A stretch of 62,676 bases of DNA, the filler included, from Collodictyon triciliatum (lineage: Eukaryota): assembly GCA_043381765.1 (NCBI GenBank). It is 31 parts of 31 records of this genome, joined end to end, with 100 filler letters (N's around TTAATTAATTAA, not from the genome) between each part and the next. Parts side by side here need not be neighbours in the genome. Positions count along the whole stretch, not along the records: positions 12,069 to 13,978 come from JBHJMP010009923.1; positions 14,079 to 15,988 come from JBHJMP010009924.1; positions 16,089 to 17,998 come from JBHJMP010009925.1; positions 18,099 to 20,008 come from JBHJMP010009926.1; positions 20,109 to 22,018 come from JBHJMP010009927.1; positions 22,119 to 24,027 come from JBHJMP010009928.1; positions 24,128 to 26,036 come from JBHJMP010009929.1; 24 more parts are not named here. One strand, written 5' to 3'. Below are positions 11,969-25,874 of this stretch, one piece after another. How positions within the stretch are numbered: position 1 is the first letter of the stretch; the number at the start of each line of letters is the position of its first letter. The notes below the pieces were generated by a model. The model did no database searches, was not told the DNA's origin, and saw nothing but the letters and a program-made list of their open reading frames with translations. The translations under genes were made by a program, and so were the position numbers.

Positions 11969-14900
11969 NNNNNNNNNNNNNNNNNNNNNNNNNNNNNNNN
12001 NNNNNNNNNNNNTTAATTAATTAANNNNNNNNNNNNNNNNNNNNNNNNNNNNNNNNNNNNNNNNNNNNTTTAAATAAATTAGTGACTTTTACATGTTGCG
12101 TCTACTGGTTGCGCATTCATTGTCTGATTTAAATCAGTCGCGTCACTTGGACTTTGCCGGAAGTTAGGCCTCGGATTGAATCCAAGTCAGGGCTTTGGTT
12201 GTTACAGCTATAAAGGATTGTATGTAAAAGCTCGACCCACAATAGATATATTTAGATGAGTCATGAATTTTGTTTCTATACTACACCGACCTGCATGTGA
12301 ATCCAAAACGCGTTCGTACTTTCAACCAAGGCGCAAAAACTAGGGCGGGCTGTATAATAATAATAAAACCCTTTCTTTAAACTAAATATAAAAGGAAAAA
12401 AATCAATAAGCCACATTGACCTTAGCGACAGTGTGAGATCAGTAACTTACAAAAAAAGATATTTCTAGCAGTGATCTAATAAGTTATTATTTTTACAGAA
12501 TATCCAATAATATCATATATTTCTTTTGAAAAGTTAAAAAAAGTAATATTATAGCATAAACCTTTGCCTTGTGTTGGGTTTTGTAAGCCATTATAATGTG
12601 TCAGTATAAGAGCAACAATCAGCAGTGGAATGTATCAAAGTGCTTTGATTTACTGGTTTTTTAGGTCACAGACTGCATCCCTTTCCTCCAGATATCTGAA
12701 TGGATAAGGTCGATATGTGGGTCATTTGATGTGCACAATGTGCTTTTCTCTTCAACTAAGACAATGCGATGTCCTAGTGCTTTTGTTTCTTGCTATGTGA
12801 ATGTTAATGTAAATGTTAATGCGAATATTCTTTCCATAGGTACGCATTTTATTATGTGCGGTTGCAATATTTCCCTTTGTTCAAAGGCCGTTACTAAAAA
12901 AAAAAAAGAATCGACCAAGAATTGATTTATTTTCGCGACAGATTATGTATAATTCATAAAAAATTGTACATGTTAAGACATAATCAATGAATCTTTCTTC
13001 CATTTCGCGGCAAAACCAGTCAAATCTGTCAAATCTATGTTGCATCTCACAAAAAAATATGAGAAATCGGTAAAGAATTGATAGTGTGATGGAAGAGATG
13101 GATTGGTTTGCAGTATGTGCATTCATTTTCATATTCCTAGCTATATTTACTTTCAAATAGTCACAAACTCGCTTATTCAGATATCCAAGACACTAGCCCC
13201 ATTTTTTCCACATTTGCTCCATCCACCACTTTCCCTAGATTGTTTCGTATTATTATTCATGTGTGTATTCTAATACAAAATTTATAATAAAAAAAATTTA
13301 CTTATGCATTTGCCTTATAAAATGTAAAATATTATCAATTCCATAACGAGAAAAATAGCTCGTCAGTGCATAGCAGATCAACTCACAAACGCATTTCTAC
13401 TGACCCCATCAGCGAAAGCACACAGATAGCCAAGAACAAAAGCCAAAGACCAGCAGAACGGAACAGAGATAATTCATAGAATCCCTATGGCGGGTCATTC
13501 TTTTTACCACACAAACAACAATATCAACATATGCCAAGCAAACTGAAGAAGCCAACATGAAAACATAGCTTTATTTTTTCTTATAAAGGCAAAGGTTTAA
13601 ACCTAAGCAAGTTTGATATTTGATTTCAAATTGATATTTTATTTCAAAAAGCCAAAAGACTTTATCGAGAGGGGGGTAGTCTATCGGATGCTGGGAAATA
13701 ATACAAACTATAAAAGATACAAGCAAGGACACAAAACGATTCCTTCCAACAAACCTAAATGTGTTTGGCTTAGTCCTTGCCTTGTTTAATATCTGGTTCT
13801 ACCATTACTCATCATCCCACAACTCAAAAAACTCTTGAAAACTCAATTGCGTATCCAAATAATAAAGAATTCAAGTCTTCTAATATTACGTGCCAATTTT
13901 TTCAGGGCTCTCATTTATACAGCAACCTGCAAGCCAAGAAGAAACGGGACTATTCAAGTTATGAGCATCCTGTAGCAGNNNNNNNNNNNNNNNNNNNNNN
14001 NNNNNNNNNNNNNNNNNNNNNNTTAATTAATTAANNNNNNNNNNNNNNNNNNNNNNNNNNNNNNNNNNNNNNNNNNNNCCAACCAAAAAACTTTTTCACC
14101 CCCCCCAACCCCCAAACCCTGAAAAAAAAAAAAAAAAAAAAGGATCATCTCTTTAATCTCTTGTTCTAAATTTTTTTTTTGACAAATGAAACATGACGCA
14201 TGTTCTTATGATTGAATGATTAAGATGACGAATGAATTGAAAATAACAAGACAAGTGATGTCGAACACACGATTATTTTATATGTAAAAGCCGTGACACA
14301 AACTCTGGACGTGCATTTGTACCTCTCTTTTTCTTTTTTTCTTTTTTCATCCCATGATAAAAGAAATCTACATGGCGGGGCCTGAATGGAGTTTATGTAA
14401 ATACGCAAGACATAAAGAAGCAGACCCGCCTTGCTTTTGTTTGGACACACATCAATTCACAAAGGTTGAAAATACTATTCTTTATGACAAGAAACCTTAA
14501 CCGGCTACATAAAATAAAACCCTTAAGTAGTATAAAAATGAAGATAGCCTAAACAACATAAAGACGTTGATATGCAAAATTATATGTCACTTCCAACGCA
14601 CGATTTGCCGTGCCGTGAGAGGCTGAGACTCTTACATCTCTCAAGCATTCAGCTGATGTGGTACTTCAACGTAGGGGCAGGTCGGCTACATATCTAGCGC
14701 AGCATCGTCTGTAATTTCGACACAGGCCGCTATCTCGGGAAACGAAAAGCCATCCAATGGAAAATCACAAACACCCACCCTTCCAATTACAAGTAATAAT
14801 TATACTAATGGATTCATATTCTGGTCAATCCTTTTACCTACTCATACTCGAGTTGAAAAGTAGTAGAGTCAGCTGAACTCTGCGCAAACCAGAGTTTTCT

Positions 14901-16088
14901 TTTCCTATTGTCTATGCACTCTTATTATCATCATTATCATTACGAGTGTCATTATCATTATTTGTCCTTATATATCCACTAATTGTATTTGGTTACTGCG
15001 AGGCTGTTCACGTCTACATTTTCATTCTAGATATATCAGGAAACAAAACAAAATACAGCGATATGTTAGATAGCTACTTGCGATTATCGTCCAAGTAGAG
15101 TGGATGAGCTGTCAGCTTCTGCCATGATATTTGGATAATCTCCACTGTACAGAATAAATCAACAGGGACAAACATGAATTGTACTGTGGTGCTTTTCCCC
15201 CTTTCAACTTGTGTTGCTTTATTTCATGCCCAACTCCAGCCAGCATCGCGCGGTTCCAATACTTGCGCAGCTGCAAAAAGAATTTCGCCCGTGGTCGGTA
15301 GAATTATACCGCAAAACACGGTATATTCGAATAGTTTCAAACATATTCAATCGACAAAAGAAATAAAGAAACAAGCGCCCCCTTTTTCTTTCTTCTCTCA
15401 TTTGGAAAAACAAAAACATTCCAAAAAGAAAGAAAGAAGGAAGGAAGGCTACAAAATACAAAACTGGTGCAAAGTTTCAGCTTTTATTAATTGGATTGAA
15501 TCGAGCGGGAATGTGCGAAGGTGGAAGTAGGCTGTGCACATAACACACTATTTCGCACCAGCTATCATCTTCAGACGTTCGACTTCTCGTTCCAACTCAG
15601 TACAGCGCGAGGCATAAAACATGGCGTCCTGTGTTTACGAATATTATCAGCGAATTTAGAGGGGATATTGCTTTGTTGGTTTATGAATTCATCGTTATAA
15701 TAAAGGCGAGCGAATCCTCTGTACACTTGGCGTGAATCAGTTCAAAAAGAGTATGAAAATAAAATTGGTAATCCGGACCTGTACGGCGTCCTGCAAAAGA
15801 CCATGATACTTGTGTGTCGTTTCTTGTTTTTCAGTTTCAAAATGCTCGCGGTATCGCCTAAACATCTATTTTCCAAATTATGCATTTTAATTAATTATTT
15901 TTATAGCTATTTGTGTACAAACTAGTTGACATTAAAAGTGACATACTTGAAAGAACTGTAGTTGTTGTTTTTCTAGTTCTAGCTGCATNNNNNNNNNNNN
16001 NNNNNNNNNNNNNNNNNNNNNNNNNNNNNNNNTTAATTAATTAANNNNNNNNNNNNNNNNNNNNNNNNNNNNNNNNNNNNNNNNNNNN

Positions 16089-16275
16089 TATTGTCTTATT
16101 GTCTTATTGTCTTATTGTCTTATTGTCTTATTGTCTTATTGTCTTATTGGCTTATTGGCTTATTGGCTTATTGTCTTATTGTCTTATTGGCTTATTGGCT
16201 TATTGGCTTAATGTCTTATTGTCTTATTGTCTTATTGTCTTATTGGCTTATTGGCTTATTTGCTTATTGGCTTAA
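16089..16275. repeat. (TTATTGTC/TTATTGGC)n 8-mer satellite with two interspersed variants
   Basis: Seen directly. Confidence 0.95.
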
Positions 16276-16382
16276 TGTGTTTTATTATTTTATTTTGGAC
16301 AAGGATGTATCTAGTTTGCATTATTGAATAATTGCTATATAGAGTCAATAATAACGAATGTTGTTTGCGTTACCCCACTTTT

Positions 16383-16414
<32 letters not shown>

Positions 16415-16594
16415 TTTTTTTTTGTTTTTTTGTTTTTTGTGTTTTGTGTTTTGATTATATCTTGGAAAACTTTTCTTCTGTTTGATGCATTTGCATTACT
16501 GGGACAAAGAAAAGCACGCATAATGGACCTTCGCGGTTTGTTGAAGGGTTTTGGCTGGATTTTTGGCCAATCTAATATCGCAATTCAATCGTAG

Positions 16595-17736
16595 CGGATG
16601 CCGCCTTTGCCGCACAACAGACTGTCACCTGGGCAAAGGAGAGGAACTTGCCGCTTCGCGTTGCGGCTGTGTATGAGAACCTAAGTCAATCCAGCACATA
16701 TCTAGGTGCAGATGCAATCACAAAGGGATTAGAGACCGACGCAGACGTGGTTATCACGGGGCGTGTGGCGGACGCAGCTTTGTTCCTAGCTCCCATGATT
16801 CACGAATTTGGATGGAGCTCGTCGCTGCATGCTGACCGAATCGCCCAGGGACTAGCCATCGGACACCTTCTCGAGTGTGGCACGCAAGTCAGTGGCGGTT
16901 TCTTTTGGCACGCGGACAAATGGAGAAATGGAGCCTTTGACTGCAACATCCCTTACAGACCAAAGCTCCCAATCGCAGAGATTCACGCTGATGGGACCTC
17001 TATCATGGGTGCTGTAGCTGGGAATTCAGAGTTCTCGCCCCGAACATGCGCCCAACAGCTCTTGTACGAAGTCCATGACCCGAACTGCTATATGACGCCA
17101 GACTTGGCCGTCGACTTCTCGAATGTGCGCTTCCGTCAAAAATCGCCCGGTTTGATTCAAGTAACCGGAGCAAAGTCTCGATTTGTTCCTAGCCATCTGC
17201 TGCGCCTCCATGCCAGACCAGCAGGCTATCGCGGTTGGGGTGAGATATCATACATCGGTCTGAATTCCTTAGAAAGAGCTCGCATGGCCGATGCTCTGGT
17301 CCGTGTGTGGTTCAGCGAGAGATTCCCGCACTCATGTGATAAAATTATGAGCTCTTTCATCGGCCCGCGAGATAACGGTATCTCTTCAGTGTGTAAGCAC
17401 GCTCCGCACTTTGAACTTTCCCAAGAGACAAGACTCCATATGGACGGGATATTTACGAGCGTGGAGGAGGCGAGGATTCTTTGTGAAGAGGTTGACGCCT
17501 TATATACAAATGGCCCAGCAGGAGGTGGTGGGATACGAGTAGGTTTCAACGAAGAGATTGAGCTAGAGCGAGAATTTGTGGATAGAAATAGCATCCATTA
17601 TCATGTTTCTGTGTATGATTCTACGGTGAATGGTGGTTGTGGAGCATATGCCTGCGAAACCAACACAACAAATGCCGCAGATGTCAAATGGGACGCCATC
17701 GAGGACATTTCCAACTGGGGTATGAGTAATACTTAA
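16595..17736 (+). CDS. AtuA-family (DUF1446, acyclic terpene utilisation) protein, large internal exon
   Basis: YLGA...DVVITGRVADAALFLAP, GHLLECGTQVSGG, QLLYEVHDP..Y.TPD, GWGEISY, LYTNGPAGGGG. The exon starts after TAG at 16594; a likely donor lies near 17720. Confidence 0.92.
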
Positions 17737-18139
17737 TGTTTACATTCTCATCGTTAAGATATCATATTACACCGATACAGATAGTTTCTTTCAAACGAGA
17801 ATCCAGCTTTCTTTTTTCTTTTTCTTTTTCTTTTTTCTTTTTCTTTTTCTTTTTTCTTTTTCTTTTTTCTTTTTCTTTTTCTTTTTTCTTTTTCTTTTTT
17901 CTTTTTCTTTTTTCTTTTTCTTTTTTCTTTTTCTTTTTTCTTTTTCTTTTTTCTTTTTCTTTTTCTTTTTTCTTTTTCTTTTTTCTTTTTCTTTTTTCNN
18001 NNNNNNNNNNNNNNNNNNNNNNNNNNNNNNNNNNNNNNNNNNTTAATTAATTAANNNNNNNNNNNNNNNNNNNNNNNNNNNNNNNNNNNNNNNNNNNNGG
18101 CTTATCATGCTTATTCTAATTTTAATATATATGTATTAC

Positions 18140-18477
18140 TTTTCTTGGCGACATTTTTCTAAAAGAATATTTGTTTGCTCTCGGAGGGCTCGAATACAGT
18201 CCCAATCTTTCGACAAGGTGAGTTGGCTCCACGTTGGGTCCTGAACTTGGCAGACTGTATATTAGTATAAAATCATATAACAAGCATCCGTGCCAGGCAT
18301 TCAGAGAGTTTATGAACAGTACCGTTTTAATCCACCCATTGAAGAAGATATTTTCATCTTTGGAATGTTGGGAATGCTGCATACAATATAATTAATCGCA
18401 AATAACAGCCCTCATAATTTTCGTAATATGATACTGGTGGCATTATCATAATCAAGTATGCAACATCTCTTTGTGCA

Positions 18478-18554
<77 letters not shown>

Positions 18555-20008
18555 GGATGAGGATAATGGTGTTTACAACTGAGGTGATGGTTATTTATTT
18601 AATAAAATGTCTAAAAGTATAGATTTTGCACGCGATGGAATCTATCGCAGGTTTACCATATGAATGTCCTGAGCTAGAAATGGTAAAATAGGTGCAATTG
18701 TGGTCGTGAGTGTCTCGAGCGTCTATTGTTAAAAGGGATGGATGGAGAGAAGTTGAAAAAACTTGAATTATAGGCAAACAGGAAAGTATCCAGTATGCAA
18801 CAAACGAAAGTAATACTTTTTTTGTAAAAAGAAAAAAAAAAAGGAAAGAAAAGAGTGGATAGTGCGAATGTAAATTGTTGATTTTACATTAAAGAAAAAA
18901 ATTAGATTTCTTACCTTGCTCATTACGTATTGAACAGATCGGCGCTCATGGCTGGACGGGCCGCTTGCGTACATTCGGTCTTTTGTTATGTCGAAGTAAA
19001 AGTTTGACAAATCGCTGTGTTGGATTTGTGTAAAGTATATGTAACAGCAGTGAGTGCAGAGAGCCCCTGATATCATCATCCTTTTTCATTTTTTCATTTT
19101 TTTTCCTTTATCCTTTTTCATTTTTTTCATTTTTTTCATTTTTTTCATTTTTTTTTCATTTTTTTTCATTTTTTTTCATTTTTTCCATTTTTTTTTCATT
19201 TTTTTCATCTTTTTCCTTTTTTCCTTTTTTCCTTTTTTATTGGCCAATTTTAGAATAGTGTGGCTTGAAATATAAGAAAACCTTGTCACAAATTGGTTGA
19301 TGCGATGGTAGACTGATGTGGTATGGTGAATTTGGAAAATGAATCGTGGTGAAAGTAATTAAAAAATTGTGGTATTTTTGTGTGTGTGTGTGAAATATTG
19401 AAGGATTTTTTTTTCCTTTATTCGATTCAAAGTGTAGCGAGGTTATGCCATACAAAGGTGAAATATTGAAGGATAATTGAAGAGCACAACAGTAAATGCA
19501 CTAGTAACCAACCTTTTGCGAAAACAAATGCGTCATAATCCCTTGTAACATTACGTGAAAAATCTGACAGCAGATGTAGCATATATCTATCGACCTGGAA
19601 TTTCAATCGGCTCTAATATCAGTTTTTATTCGTATATTTTGTTTGCGTGTCTATTTATGTGGGTTCATTTTTTTTCAAGAAGGGAGAAGGATAGTCATAC
19701 CGATCTCAAATGGATTTTGTCCGCATCCGTCGGAGAGTAGTCATTTAGATTAGCAAGGATGAACCGACAAGTATTTCTAACCTTCGAATACGATTGCTTC
19801 ACCTTTTCTGTTTAAATAAATCTCCACTAATTCAGTGACACTGAGGCTCATGGAAAGACACAGAGAACAAAATAATAAAATTAAGTATGTGTAATGCAGG
19901 TTTGTGTGGGACTGACCGAATGCAACGGGGCTCATGACTACATCCCAAGTGTAATCAGTAGAAGAAACCCACCATCTCAGGACATCTGCTCCGACACCCT
20001 TCAAAAAT
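18140..20008 (-). CDS. ileS: Isoleucyl-tRNA synthetase, bacterial/organellar type, anticodon-binding region (at least 8 exons)
   Basis: Spliced: [41 protein letters not shown]...|[26 protein letters not shown]...[45 protein letters not shown]. Confidence 0.95.
18478..18553. repeat. (AAT)n microsatellite in an IleRS intron
   Basis: Seen directly. Confidence 0.97.
19407..19457 (-). mobile_element. 51-bp LINE 3'-end stub with 17-bp TSD, inside an IleRS intron
   Basis: Exact direct repeats GTGAAATATTGAAGGAT at 19390-19406 and 19458-19474 flank polyT plus the conserved LINE 3' end. Confidence 0.93.
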
Positions 20009-20108
20009 NNNNNNNNNNNNNNNNNNNNNNNNNNNNNNNNNNNNNNNNNNNNTTAATTAATTAANNNNNNNNNNNNNNNNNNNNNNNNNNNNNNNNNNNN
20101 NNNNNNNN

Positions 20109-20184
<76 letters not shown>

Positions 20185-20282
20185 ATTTTTCTATGCAACT
20201 ATAACCACGACTTATATTTTTCCGCGACAGTCTCACTGATTCCAATAAACACATATAATCGGTGAAATATTTCGGGGTGCAG

Positions 20283-21027
20283 GTATACATGGCACCTGAA
20301 ATATTCCAAGGTAGGCCCCCCACAACAAAGATTGATGTTTACGCATATGGTCTCCTACTGCATGAGTGTGTGTACAGAAAGGTTTTTGAAGTTTTTTTTT
20401 CTCGTAAAACTAGTGATTATGTATTTTTTTTTTTTGTCAGTGAGTATAAACACAATCAATTTTCCATGTAATTTAAATAATTCTGAGATAGCCACAACCC
20501 GCCAAAACTAAATGGTTTTTTAACTAAGCTTTTTTTTATATATAATTTGTAAACCACAGACCCTCTTCGACTGTCGAGCTTATGAAGAAATAAAAGCATG
20601 TAATTCTCGAACAATAAAGTTTATCATGAAACTTCACTCATTAATTAAATCACTTCGAATATGCGACACGCTGTTCATTAATACCTTTTTTGTTCTAAAT
20701 CATTTTTGTATGTTTTTTTCATGTCTACATATATTATAATGCTAATATTATTCTCCGCCTCACGGCTGTCTATTTACTGTTTCATTTGCGTACTCAAGCG
20801 ATTTGGGACGTACTAATTATGTTCAATATTTTGATTCCAAAACCATAGTGGTGCTTGGGGGATATCGACCAGGGTTTTATCCAGGAGTTTATAGACCTCT
20901 GCAGGACCTTATAACTGGGTGTTGGAGTGCCGATCCCGAAAAACGACCTGTTATGTCCGAGGTGTTGGAGTCTCTCAACTCTCTGGCTCCTATATTGAAT
21001 CGCACAAAAGAAAGCTGTTTCTATTAA
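20283..21027 (+). CDS. Protein kinase, TKL-like, C-lobe (subdomains VIII-XI), spliced
   Basis: YMAPEIF...TKIDVYAYGLLLHE ... GGYRP...LITGCWSADPEKRPVMSEVL. Confidence 0.9.
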
Positions 21028-21799
21028 GAAGAACCGCATAAATCCTCATACATCGGGGACTGCTGGCGACACCACCAGCTGGAATGCAGTGGTAATGAAG
21101 TATTCAAGAGAGGAATACGTTGGCAATATCCCTATAATTTTTTTTTCGTATTTTTCTGTCTTTTAGCCAATGTGAAACGGGATTATAATTACACACCCAG
21201 CGTGTGAGAACTCGCTAGACAGGCCAAGGACGGGAGCAATAAAAAAAAAAGCCGACTAACTATACGGAGTCGTGGGGGATTGAAAACTTTACATCTTGTG
21301 ACGAGATTCTATGCGGCACTTACTCCTTTTTGCATACTTCGGAATCAAATGCAAAAATAGAAAGCTCGTGGTAGTACGAAGTCAAGCAGCATCAGGTACC
21401 CGATTAAGCTGTGATGCAGTTTGATTTATGCTGTCGCATATACATTCCAGATATGCTAATCTATCTTCTCATACTTTATTGGTAAATTAGTATGGTATAT
21501 CATGGAAACCAGATTGAAATACCCCACTTCGGCACTTTTTCTGGGTGGCATAATCAGAGAACGGCTTGTCGTCTGACATTCGCGCTATTTCGCGCTACAA
21601 CAGAGACGCTCTCCCAGAGATCGACGCGATACATCAGACGAAACACGCCCGGCCAGAGTCGGCAGAGAGCAGGCCAGTTAGAGTCAAGCGCTGTTCGAGT
21701 CCGAAGATCAAAACTGTGGAGCCGGGAGGCGGTCGATCGTCGTTCAGCTTCCAGTTTTCTCTACGGCCTCGTTTTGCAAAAAAAAAAAAAACAAAAAAA

Positions 21800-21851
<52 letters not shown>

Positions 21852-22314
21852 AAAAAAAACAAAAAAAACAAAAAAAACAAAAAAAACAAAAAAAACAAAA
21901 AAATGGAGGCGGGAGGGGGTAGATCAAAATAAAAAAAAAAATAAAAAAAAAAAAAAAAATAAAAAAAAAAAAAAAAAAAAAAAACAAAAAAAACAAAAAA
22001 AAACAAAAAAAACAAAAANNNNNNNNNNNNNNNNNNNNNNNNNNNNNNNNNNNNNNNNNNNNTTAATTAATTAANNNNNNNNNNNNNNNNNNNNNNNNNN
22101 NNNNNNNNNNNNNNNNNNAAAGAAAAAAGAAAAGAAAAAAGAAAAGAAAAAAGAAAAGAAAAAAGAAAAGAAAAAAGAAAAGAAAAAAGAAAAGAAAAAA
22201 GAAAAGAAAGAAAGAAAAAAGAAAAGAAGAAGAGCAAAAAATAACAAAAAATAATTTGTACACAATCAGTGCGGGGGTGCCTACACCGGACTCACCGAAA
22301 TCGCAACAAATCAA

Positions 22315-22342
22315 TCACTTTGAATCGAATAAAGGAAAAAAA
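22315..22342 (+). mobile_element. 28-bp LINE 3'-end stub with 17-bp TSD
   Basis: CACTTTGAATCGAATAAAGG-polyA flanked by AAATCGCAACAAATCAA (22298-22314, 22343-22359). Confidence 0.9.
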
Positions 22343-22516
22343 AAATCGCAACAAATCAAAAAATAAAATCCAAATAAGGAAAATCAAAATCTATGAACAT
22401 TCACTCCCACAAGAAACCCGCAATACAGTGTTCAAATCCCCAAATGACCAAATTTCAACAATTCGCACAGATCGACCCACCACCAAAGTTCGAAATACCG
22501 TGTGCGCAGCCCATCC

Positions 22517-24027
22517 ATGAGAATCTCCAAAGGATATCGGGGGTTTCATGGAGTCCTAGTACTGCTTCTGATGCTCTCTCTATTATTGACAACATCGAGG
22601 GTTATATGCAACGCATCGCTGGGTAGTTCAACAAAACAAAAACGCCTTTTGACCTTCATCGAGGACACCCCAAGCCCACCTGACATGATGCACATGACTT
22701 GGACACCCTTAAGTCCTACATCCTTGCGTCCATACAAGTCTTCCATGGTAAACATAACAGTACCTGTTGAATGGCTCCATTCTGATCGCCTGGAAAGAGA
22801 TATTTGCTTGACTACGAGTGAAATGCATGATTCGGGGAAGAAAGCGCATTGCATCTCATGTCTTCGAGGAAATATACCATATTCTCGCCTTATTTACCAT
22901 CATGAGAAAGAAGTTGAGTTACACAGGCCTGAGATACACAAGGACGCATTTTATCCAACCACTGTGTGCAATGCTATAGTAGCATTTATGATTCCTTTCA
23001 TCAGCACAACTTGCATCGATGTAAAAATCTCAAGAGATAACATAAAATTGCCTATCAACGTACAGTTCTGCGGAACAGAGAAAAAACATCAAACAGCCTT
23101 CTCTTACCAATTCACTATCCTAAGGAACTCTACGAAACCCTCGATCATATCCCTCATTACCTCGCCACACATCGATCACCCTGACCAACTTCCGGAAGTC
23201 ACCTTAATAAAATTATTCTGCGCTCCATACAGTCAACATCGTAAGCATTATAAGCGTATATTGACAGTCGCTCGAATCAAATTGCAGATATAAAATAGCC
23301 TTAAATTTACTTATTTGTATATTGTGAACATATGTCATTATAAAAATATGTCATATGCTATATTCATAAGCATTAAATCTCCGACCAACTCGAAATAGGA
23401 TTGGACCATATATTCATTACTGATGATCTACACACATCGGTAACGAAGACGAAGTTAAGCACGCCTGGAGTAGAGCCTAGTGATACTGAGAAACCTGCTC
23501 TATATTTTGACGTTATTGGAGAATCAACAAACTGGGAAACAAAAATAGAAACAGAAATAAAAATCGACCACAAACCTCAGGTGCAACAACAGTCTCCATC
23601 CCAGTCTCCATCCCAGTCTCCATCCCAGTCTCCATCCCAGTCTCCATCCCAGTCACAGTCTGTTTCTGAATCCATGGATATAGAATCCCTATCTCCATCC
23701 CAATCTCAGTCTCAATCCCAGTCACAGTCCGTTTCTGAATCCATGGAAACAGAATCTCAATCTCAATCTCAATCTCAATCTCAATCTCAGTCTCAGTCCC
23801 AATCCCAATCTCAGTCTCAGTCCGTTTCTGAAACCATTGAAACAGAATCTCAGTCTCAATCGCAATCTCTGTCCCAGTCCCAGTCCGTTTCTGAAAGTAT
23901 AAACACGCAATCCCAATCGCAATCCCAGTCTCAGTCTCAGTCTCAGTCTCAGTCTCAGTCTCAGTCTCAGTCTCAGTCTCAGTCTCAGTCTCAGTCTCAG
24001 TCTCAGTCTCAGTCTCAGTCTCAGTCT
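22517..24027 (+). CDS. Secreted or surface protein: signal peptide, globular domain, Ser/Gln(/Pro)-rich mucin-like stalk; 3' truncated
   Basis: [33 protein letters not shown] looks like a signal peptide. Phase-1 intron 23241-23398 joins ORFs 22502 and 23401. (SPSQ)n and (SQ)n repeats run to the contig end. Confidence 0.8.
23930..24027 (+). repeat. Coding (TCTCAG)n microsatellite = (Ser-Gln)n
   Basis: In frame within the ORF. Confidence 0.95.
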
Positions 24028-24127
24028 NNNNNNNNNNNNNNNNNNNNNNNNNNNNNNNNNNNNNNNNNNNNTTAATTAATTAANNNNNNNNNNNNNNNNN
24101 NNNNNNNNNNNNNNNNNNNNNNNNNNN

Positions 24128-25020
24128 TTGGGCAGCCTATCTGGTCCTGGCGCCTTTCCGTTGTGTAGCGACTTGACCGCTTTCCACAATTCGCCTGCAT
24201 CTATTGGTGCTATCATGCTGGTTGCTTGCGAGGGTGAGGCCTTAGAGCAGTTTGTGGTGATAAGCTCGAGAGTAGCAGCATCATAGTCTCGCCTTGACCA
24301 TATCTTTGAGAAGAAGTCGTGGGTGTTCCTTTTGTTGTTGCGAGGTAATAAATGCTGCATGTCCTCAGATGGTGTGCAGGACGGATACAAGGTCTTTCCT
24401 TTTTCCTTTCCAAGTCCAAAGAACTATTTCTCCATCTGCTCGAAGTCTCGCAAGTATCTCGCTTCCCATTTTTCGCGGTATTTGTGGATATCTGATGTTA
24501 GCTGCTCGGCAAGTTTATCTTCTAATATCTCGCCAGTTTTTCTTTTTGTGTGCGTTTCCACCCCGATGGCCTACCGGCTGCTTTCATCAGAGCCTCTTTT
24601 TCCCTTTCAAGCTTCTTCCGCTCCTCTCCATCCTTATTTTTGAACCGGCTCGATTTTTGGATAAGAATAGAGAGCTGCTTTTTGAGTATTGGCCATTCCG
24701 CCTCGATGGGCGCATCACCTGGGGTGTTGAAGTAAGCCCTGAGCTTGTTTTGTATGTTTTGTATCAACTTAGGGTTGTTGTATGCCCTCCAGTCTACATA
24801 CCTCGCCTGCCATTCACAACCACCGGCTGAATCGATGTTAGCCAGGATAGCACTGTGGTCGGACAGCGCAGAATAGACTGTTTTAAGTTTCTTGAACCAC
24901 GCATGCAAGTCCCTTAAGCAGAGGAAGCAGTCGATTCTGCTCCACGTGAAGCCGCTTTTTGTATGTCCTCTACACGTTGCTCCTAGAGAGTGGGAATTGA
25001 GCGTCTTCCAAGGGTCTTGC
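24128..25020 (-). mobile_element. Decayed L1/Tx1-type LINE ORF2 (end of APE endonuclease, linker, start of RT)
   Basis: WSRID...SDHSAIL (APE motifs) and ELWKAVKSLHNGKAPGPD (RT domain 0), interrupted by stops and frameshifts. Confidence 0.88.
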
Positions 25021-25583
25021 AGCTTGTGCTACTCTAAGACTTTTCATAAAATCTATCCCATTTACAATACCCCCTATCTTGAATTTAATGTAAGGATAAT
25101 TTTATATATGACATTATACGTGAAAAAGGCGTAAATGAAAGACCAATAAATAATCGCAGTGGCAGCAACAATATTGTTTCTGTACTTTGCCCTATATCTT
25201 TTATCTCAATCAGGGTTTCATCGACATAATCCCAACCCCATTACAAGGCGCTGTTTTGGCCTGTTTGGGGATTCCAGAAGATATCGAGGTGTTAAATGCT
25301 CCAAAAGCGACATTACGATATTACTCCCGGATGAAAATGGAAGGATTCTAAACAGATGGAGAAAAAAAAAAGAAGAAAAAGAGGCAGCCGAAAAAGGCCG
25401 AAATATGCTTGTTGAGCCGAAAGAAACCCAGAACTTTCTGCTCTTGGGTTGCCACCCCTTCGAAGACCTCATGCTTTGCTCTGTTTTATGGACTATTTGG
25501 TCTTTCAGTCTCGCCTTGTCTGTCATATATGTCATGTCTGTCATGTCTGGTCCAAGGAGCGCGGTTCGCCGGGCTGGGCTCCA

Positions 25584-25874
25584 TCAGGCAGCGCCGGTCG
25601 GGAGGGGAAGAGGCGACTGCATCTGCTGCTGCTGGGCAAACATCATGTCCATCTCGGAGCTCCACACCAGGGGGAAGAAGAAGATGAGTGTGCCCGTGCC
25701 GAAGGTCCAGAGGGCGGTCTTGGAGAGGGCGAAGGCGCGCTCGGCCAGGGGCAGGGCAAGGCCGCGGGTGGCCACGTCCTCCTCGTTTAGCGACAGCAGA
25801 TTCACCAGGCGCGCAGTGGCGCTCGTCTGCGGGCTGCTCGGCAGGTTCTCGACGCTTCCAAGGAAGTCTGACAT
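25584..25874 (-). CDS. TOM22: Mitochondrial import receptor Tom22/Tom9-like
   Basis: 96 aa, GC-rich, intronless. Single TM segment with W-x2-GT-x6-P (TALWTFGTGTLIFFFPLVW) followed by a short E/Q-rich tail, as in the Tom22 family. Confidence 0.7.
   Translation of the reverse strand: MSDFLGSVENLPSSPQTSATARLVNLLSLNEEDVATRGLALPLAERAFALSKTALWTFGTGTLIFFFPLVWSSEMDMMFAQQQQMQSPLPLPTGAA

Noticed and set aside
12069-15988. Exon-like fragments in contigs 7 and 8, and a possible alternative genetic code
   Set aside because: No consistent model could be built. Well-supported genes in the window contain no in-frame stops and terminate at TAA or TGA, so there is no evidence for stop-codon reassignment.
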